Shown piece after piece: positions 36,523 to 43,767 of a DNA stretch of 43,767 nt (the stretch's first letter is position 1; each line of letters starts with the position of its first letter). Origin of the DNA: Octopus bimaculoides (Eukaryota); contig NC_068999.1 of NCBI RefSeq assembly GCF_001194135.2, positions 47,697,241 through 47,741,007 of the forward strand, read 5' to 3'. The notes under the pieces are model-generated. The model was not told the origin of the DNA, made no database searches, and worked only from the letters and a program-made list of their open reading frames with translations. Position numbers and translations under genes: made by a program.

Positions 36523-36846
36523 AGTGAAGGCCCGTGGCTTAGTGGTTAGGGGCATTCAGCTCATGATTCTAAGGTCGTGAATTCAATTCCCAGCCACGTG
36601 TTGTGTCCTTGAGCAAGACACTTTATTTCACGTTGCTCCAGTCCACTCAGCTGGCAAAAATGAGTAGTACCTGTATTTCAAAGGGCCAGCCTTGTCACAC
36701 TCTGTGTCATGCTGAATCTCCCTAAGAACTACGTTAAGGGTACACGTGTTTGTGGAGTGCTCAGCCACTTGCATGTTAATTTCACGAGCAAGCTGTTCTG
36801 TTGATCGTATCAGATGGGACCCTTGTCGTCGCAACCAACTGAGTGC
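36523..36846 (+). mobile_element. tRNA-derived SINE (family A), full length
   Basis: A-box tggcttagtgg and B-box-like aattcaattccc, then tgtgtccttgagcaagacactttatttcac...cactcagctggcaaaaatgagta. Confidence 0.88.
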
Positions 36847-36849
36847 TTC

Positions 36850-37595
36850 TATCTCGATCACCAGAGAGCAGAATAGGCATATACTATGTCCCCCTTCTTT
36901 GTCAGTTGCCTTCCATCCCCACTACCCCCACGAACTACTTCCATTTCCCACTATCTCTACCAATCACCACCTTTCCATGCCTTCTCTCTCCTGTGTTGTT
37001 CCCCACCATTAGCACCTCACTTATCTGCTATAACCTCAATGCAATCACATGTCTGTCACAACCCTGACCCCAAGCCACTCCTGTATTTCAATCAATCAGT
37101 TGCTACAGTCACCTCTATCTTGTCCACTCACCCAATACAAACTTCACTAATTCTCACCCCACCCCCTCAATGTCCCTGGAAGACATATCTTGACACAGCT
37201 TTGACATTATCTCTTTCACATTTGACCTCTTTACTTTACTTTACTCCCTCACTCACCCACTCTCTTAATCTTACTAACTTGCTCTCCTTTCTCTCCCAAC
37301 TGGGGTATCCGTCTATCTACTCTATAACTTTAATTTCTCAACTGGCACAAAGCCGTACCCTCTCGATACTACTCATCCCTCCAAGCTGAGGAAGTTTGGT
37401 CTTGCAAGTTACTTGGTGACCCTGTCAGTGCTGCTGCCACCTAAAAAGCACCCAGTACACTCTGTAAAGTGATTGGCATAAGGAAGGGCATCCAGCTGCA
37501 GAAACCATGCCAAAACAGACAGCCTTACCAGCTCCAGTCAAACCCTCCAACGTATACCAGCACGGAAAATGGGATGTTGAAGGATGATGGTGATG
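36850..37595 (+). mobile_element. Pyrimidine-rich retroposon remnant ending in the family D tail
   Basis: A C/T-rich body runs into gcacccagtacactctgtaaagtgattggcataaggaagggcatccagctg...gatgatggtgatga. The C/T-rich tract at 17289-17900 has similar composition. Confidence 0.5.
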
Positions 37596-38420
37596 AGAAA
37601 TGCTCAACAAGTTAAGAAGTTTTGACTGGTTCATTACAGCAGCATTATGAGTGTCTACACATTTGTTTGTGAGAGAGGAAGGAAGCACATTTCTGCTTAA
37701 AAATGGAAAATACTACATTAACTGATTTTACTCATTCATATATTTGTACATTCACTGGCTGTGTGCATTAGATAACTGAACTGAGGTAGAGAGAGAGAGA
37801 GAAAAAGAGTGTGTGTGTGTGTGTTTTGATTTTAAAGTCACATTCATGCACATATAGACACTGGCTAAGAAAAATTGGTGTCCATTATTCATAGCATTTT
37901 CCATAAACAGCAAGTTGTTTGCTCTCTCTCTCTCCCTCTCTCTCTCTCCCTCTCTCTCTCTAGAATAAACAAAAGTAGACAGTCCCAAATAGTCAAGTTG
38001 TAGTCAGGTTCATCCTACAGTGAGGCAACCCAGTAGTGTAACCACAAGGTTGATTTACCTGTGAGCAATGCTGAATTTATGTTTGTTTATTAAATGTATG
38101 TCAAGTGATTCACAATTACTCACACACACGCGGTCTTAATACTTTAGTTACACACACACACAAAGACATGTACACAAACACACATATAACAAATATATAT
38201 ACAGACACACAAGTATACACTAATACATGTATACACAAACACATACACACAAACACACATACACGCACTTATACACATACACACATCTTTTGGTACTTGC
38301 GGAAAATATACATGTGATAAATATTAAGCTTTTTGAATTAATTTACTTTCAGTGAACTTTAATGAAAGATATTAATTGATTAAAACATATGTTCCTCTTC
38401 AACATTAAACTAATATTAAA

Positions 38421-38715
38421 ATCATCATCGTTCATTGTTTAACGTCCGCCTTCCATGCTAGCATGGGTTGGACGATTTGACTGAGGACTGGTGAAACCGG
38501 ATGGCAACACCAGGCTCCAATCTAATTTGGCAGAGTTTCTACAGCTGGATGCCCTTCCTAACGCCAACCACTCAGAGAGTGTAGTGCTTTTACGTGTCAC
38601 CCGCACGAAAACGACCACGCTCGAAATGGTGTCTTTTATGTGCCACCCGCACAAGAGCCAGTCCAGGGGCACTGGCAACGATCTCGCTCGAAGGATTTCG
38701 TGCGAGATCGTTGCC
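38421..38715 (-). mobile_element. Family D retroposon, young copy
   Basis: tttaacgtccgccttccatgctagcatgggttggacg...ggcagagtttctacagctggatgcccttcctaacgccaacc, close to 989-1200. Confidence 0.88.
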
Positions 38716-39279
38716 AATATGCATAACAAATGTATGTGTGTGTATATATGTATNNNNNNNNNNNNNNNNNNNNNNNNNNNNNNNNNNNNNNNNNNNNNNN
38801 NNNNNNNNNNNNNNNNNNNNNNNNNNNNNNNNNNNNNNNNNNNNNNNNNNNNNNNNNNNNNNNNNNNNNNNNNNNNNNNNNNNNNNNNNNNNNNNNNNNN
38901 NNNNNNNNNNNNNNNNNNNNNNNNNNNNNNNNNNNNNNNNNNNNNNNNNNNNNNNNNNNNNNNNNNNNNNNNNNNNNNNNNNNNNNNNNNNNNNNNNNNN
39001 NNNNNNNNNNNNNNNNNNNNNNNNNNNNNNNNNNNNNNNNNNNNNNNNNNNNNNNNNNNNNNNNNNNNNNNNATCCATATTTCTCTCATCAGAATTAATC
39101 TAAAGGATTTATAAAAGAGTTATTTAAATCTTAAATTTTTAAGCAACATGAGAAATTTAAGAATTCTTAAAAATCAAATGCTGTGTCGGAACATACTGAT
39201 CAGTATATATATATATATATATATATATCTACACACACACATATATATAAACATACACACACACATATTTTTACCAAAT

Positions 39280-39489
39280 CTTGACTTGTTCCAGTCATTA
39301 GTCAGACTCTGGCACCACCTTGAAGAATTTACAGTCGAATGCATCAACACCAGTATTTATGCTTTTTTTAAGCTTGGTACTTATTCCATCAGTCTCTTTT
39401 GCTGAACTGCTAAGTTATGAGGATGCAAACACACCGTCATTGGTTGTCAAACAGTATGGGGGACAAACAGACACAAAGACACACACATG

Positions 39490-39553
<64 letters not shown>

Positions 39554-39696
39554 ACTGGCTTCTTTCAGTTTCTCTCTACCAAATCAACTCACAAGGTTGG
39601 CCTAGGGCTGTAGAAAACACTTGCCTAAGGTACCATGCAGTGGGACTGAACCCAGAACCATGTAGGTGGAAGCAAGCCTCTTACCACACTGCCACA
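39280..39696 (-). mobile_element. tRNA-derived SINE (family B), full length, with an internal (AT)n expansion
   Basis: ttctttcagtttc...caaatcaactcacaagg...caaggtaccatgcagtgggactgaacccagaaccatg...cttaccaca. Confidence 0.85.
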
Positions 39697-40480
39697 TAAA
39701 TGTAGAGTATTCTTTAATACATTATAACTGAAAGGCTCTGATTTCCAGTACCTGGCCTTACTTGTTTCAAATTATCAGCTGGGAAATGAAGCCTGGTTTT
39801 CTTTTGAATATTTTTTGTCTAAATATTTAATTAATGTACATGGACGATTAGATTTCTGGACAGATAAATACATACACACATGATTGCAGTTCAACTTATG
39901 TACATTTTTAATTCATGCTTAATTAATTAAAATCCCTGTAAGTTCTTTCCATAGTGAAAGTATTTTGGCTGCTAATTGACTTGGTCATGTAGAGATGGAG
40001 ACACTATTTGAAAATAGAAGGAAAATCATAATCCAGTCTGTCACCTCATCAGCACTTCATGTAGGAACCTGGCCAGCATAGTATTCCAATACCAAATAGA
40101 ATACCAGTTATACATCCACAAATGATAAAATGGAGCACATTACAAATCTAAGGTGTTATCTGTAGGCATGCTATGAGCTGCACAGTGTGAAAAATAATTA
40201 ATTTCAGTGTGGAAATGAGAAGTCAAGCTGATGTTATGATTGTTTACGTAAATGAATGTTGTTTATTCCATACCACGTATAAAGTTATGCAATACATGTG
40301 ACATCTGCAATAATACTGAACATTCACTTCCTCAGACGGAATAAATGAGCAGTAATTTTATTACATATGTTGGTGTATTTTGCATGTATTTATTGCATAA
40401 CTTTGTTGTATGGGATAAACAATATTCATTTATGGAAACAATCATAACATCAATTTGACTGCTCTTTTCTTCAAATTAAT

Positions 40481-40558
<78 letters not shown>

Positions 40559-40582
40559 NNNNNNNNNNNNNNNNNNNNNNNN

Positions 40583-40635
<53 letters not shown>

Positions 40636-40830
40636 CATACATACACACACATACAAACATACATATATAGATGTATATGTAAATATATACATGTATGTTT
40701 GTATCTAAATATATATGTAATATATATATATATAAACATTATATATATATATATATATATATAAACATTATATATATATATACATACATATATATATATA
40801 AACATTATATATATATATACATACATACAT

Positions 40831-40861
<31 letters not shown>

Positions 40862-41154
40862 AATATTANNNNNNNNNNNNNNNNNNNNNNNNNNNNNNNN
40901 NNNNNNNNNNNNNNNNNNNNNNNNNNNNNNNNNNNNNNNNNNNNNNNNNNNNNNNNNNNNNNNNNNNNNNNNNNNNNNNNATATATATATATATATATAT
41001 GCATATTTGCATATTTCACTTAGGATTTGTGAGATTAATAACCTGGTGTTGAACTTAATATGCATATGCTTCAGATCAAAGCATTAATGGAGTACAGAAT
41101 GGAAAAAAGAATATGAGATGACAAAGGAATAAATGATTATCTTATTAACTTCAT

Positions 41155-41237
41155 TAGCTTACAGCTGTTTCTGCTGCAAGATGCAGTAGATCCATAGTCG
41201 AGTGCCTGAATAATAACTTATAGCTTCATCAGAGCTA
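41155..41237 (-). ncRNA. Type I hammerhead ribozyme-like motif (Penelope-type, palindromic stem III)
   Basis: Minus strand reads tagct-CTGATGA-[54 nt]-GAAA-CAGCTG-TA-agcta. Both core boxes are present, with a GUA cleavage triplet, a 5-bp stem I and a palindromic ACAGCTGT stem III. Stem II is closed imperfectly. Activity is unknown. Confidence 0.5.
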
Positions 41238-42033
41238 TAGTGTATTACTCAGGCACTCAGCTATAAGTCCTTCTGTTATTATTGTCATTATTAGTTTTTC
41301 CCTGCATTTTTCCCTCCACAAAAAAGTTTCCCCATGGCTAGCTCATATAGTCAATTCTCAGTCTTTTCAGTGTCAGTGAGCAAATTATAGATATTGAGAG
41401 AAAAGTCATTGTCTATAAAAATACATACAACCAAAAAACTATTATTATATACAAGTCCCACCAATGGCTATCCAATTATCCCTTCAAATTAAAAGATGCA
41501 TCAAGGCCAGTCCTAATTTATACGTATTAATTTTTCCTGAGCTTTATTTGTCTGGTAAATGATTTCACGTGGGATTAAGTGTTGAATCTAAAGCAATTAC
41601 TTCTTCACAGTTAAACTGTCCTTTGGCACATGTATATATTGTTATAATTACATTTGTTATATTACAAAAGCACATATCTTTAACTAAGAAAATCACATTC
41701 ACGACTTGGACACGGATATTCAAGTTCAACACAAAGAATACAAACTTTGATAAACCAGGTTGTATAACAAATGTGTTTCCTACTAAATCCTATGCTTCAC
41801 ACACACACACATACACACATGTGCATAAATGTAGTAATGTATTCACAGTTAATTGTGGTTAATATGACACCAGCAAGAAAAGAACTGTATAAAAGTTATA
41901 TATTCCTTAAATGTTCAGTTAATCATTTAATTTTTTTTCTTTTGTCTTCTACCAAATGACTAGTAAATTTGTTTATAGGTAAAACATGCTGGAAAAAGAA
42001 AAAAAAGTTTCCTCTTTCAATCGATATACTCAC

Positions 42034-42103
42034 CACTCATAGCAACACAGTTTTGTAAGGCAAACGCTTCAGTAAATGTCTTTTGTTCACATTTATTTTC
42101 CAT
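42034..42103 (-). CDS. KAZN: Candidate distal first coding exon of kazrin (MENKCEQKTFTEAFALQNCVAMS + G, phase 1)
   Basis: acaccATGG at 42103, in-frame TGA at 42133-42131, 70 nt CDS ending G|gtgagt, with phase 1 matching acceptor 9641. It lies in about 1.6 kb without recognisable SINEs. Assignment to kazrin is inferred from phase and orientation only. Confidence 0.5.
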
Positions 42104-43124
42104 GGTGTAAATACCTGTTGCTTGTGTAAATCACAACACGAACCAGATATCAAATATATTTCAGTTGGAAAGCTAGGTTGGAAAACAAAAACAGCAAAAC
42201 TGTTAAGGAGTTTAATGCAAATATATGCATGGATTTTCTTTCCATTAAACAAACTTTAAGCTGAAGTTTGTAGTTGGGTTTCCTTCAGGAAGACTAGTTC
42301 TCTAGAGAACATGCGAAAATGATTGTAAGCAATTTACTTATTAACATCATTGTTATTAAACAGATCTTGATGTTGTAAACATCGTGTTATATTTTGCATA
42401 TAAAAATGTACTGTCAATCAACGCTTAGCAGACCATCAGCTGTGGGACTTATTGTATAGTGAATGTCTGATATATGCTTGTTACTATGATACTAAGGCCA
42501 GCAGGTGAGTGTTAGGAAGAAAGAGGTTTAAAGTTTTACAAGTGTCATTGGTTGATAATAAAGAAAATAGGTACAGCTGTTAACACCTCACAACCATTGT
42601 TACAGGAGAATGCAGTTATTTCAAGCTACAGGAGGGATCTAAAAATAATCTCATTTCTCGTCATTTCTAAGTAAGAAGCTTGTTTCTTAATTATTCTGAG
42701 AAAGAAACACAGTATTAAAGTTAATCTGTTAAGGATAAGGAGTTCATGAGAAATTTCTTTAGAAAACTATAAAATGTTGGCCCAGACAACTAAATGACAT
42801 CTTAACATGAAATATTTTCATCAGGATTTCTCAATAAAGTGAAAGCTATTGTCAATATATTATGTTTAAATTAAATCTAAAATTAATGTTTATTTGCTAA
42901 TTATTTTCAATTTTAATTTTAAATAGCTTGCTTATATTTGTTTCTTTTTTAAATATCAATCAATATGAATCATAATTTTTGTTTAATAGAATTAAAAAGA
43001 ATAAACAAAGTAATAGACAAATATTTGAAAGTGTTTGTATACTTCCATATAGATTTTATATACATACATACATACATATACATATATATATATATATATA
43101 CATACACACATACATAGGTCAATT

Positions 43125-43127
<3 letters not shown>

Positions 43128-43158
<31 letters not shown>
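43128..43158. repeat. (TAT)n microsatellite
   Basis: Directly visible. Confidence 0.9.
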
Positions 43159-43159
<1 letters not shown>

Positions 43160-43224
43160 ATTGTAATAAAGTACTTTCAACGGATCAGTTTTGACCTCTA
43201 TTTAAAGTTGATATATATATATAC

Positions 43225-43279
<55 letters not shown>

Positions 43280-43694
43280 CATATATATACATATATATAT
43301 ATATGTATGTATGCATGCAAAGGAAGGGTGAGAGAGAGAGAAAGCAAAGATTGAAAATTTTCAGGTGAATATTCAAGTATATAGATACTTATACATATAT
43401 TAACAGAGCAAACTTACATGGAATACAATGACAGAAACATAAATGGGAGCAGGTATGGTATTGCAAGTCTGGCAGCTGCTTCAGGGCGCCCAGTGTTACT
43501 TCATAGTGTTGGTAGATATGCAACCAGTTATTGAAGCAAATAGACATTAGATAGATTCAGCCTCCACCTTAAGGGTGGAGAGTTAAAATCTAATATTTCA
43601 CACACAAGGAAATTTGAAGGTAGAATGGGTGAAGTGGAAGGAGGAAGTAGGTAACTTGAATTTCTGGATCTCGTGTGTTGGATATATATATCTT

Positions 43695-43737
<43 letters not shown>

Positions 43738-43767
43738 AATATATATATATATATATATATATATATT

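Noticed and set aside
36523-36600. tRNA-like sequence with A and B boxes (also heads at 14435, 16786, 21856 and 23276)
   Set aside because: These are SINE heads continuing into repeat bodies, and I could not identify a complete cloverleaf, so no tRNA gene is called.

Overview
This is eukaryotic, AT-rich DNA dense in microsatellites and SINEs, with nine N gaps. The repeat families and style point to an octopus genome, probably Octopus bimaculoides; this is inferred from recognition, not a database search. The only host gene I can support is the 5' part of a kazrin (KAZN) orthologue on the minus strand. Two internal coding exons (9288-9641 and 139-369) have canonical phase-1 splice sites and match the kazrin N-terminus (MVEDNKQLAARIDG...; ...AKEALQ). 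Two candidate alternative first coding exons (12793-12808 and 42034-42103) each have a Kozak-like ATG, an in-frame upstream stop and a phase-1 donor that fits exon 9641. The rest is intronic or intergenic and contains decayed transposons (maT DD37D, mariner, a Chapaev3-like transposase, a hAT MITE), LINE remnants (CR1/L2-like, RTE), several tRNA-derived SINE families with nested and tandem insertions, several long fold-back elements, and Penelope-type hammerhead ribozyme motifs. There is no prokaryote-type system, CRISPR array or RNA gene. Most ORFs in the supplied track are microsatellite or gap artefacts. The most interesting signals are a near-complete intronic hammerhead core at 41155-41237, the alternative kazrin first exons with a uORF-rich leader, and an apparently self-targeting SINE array.
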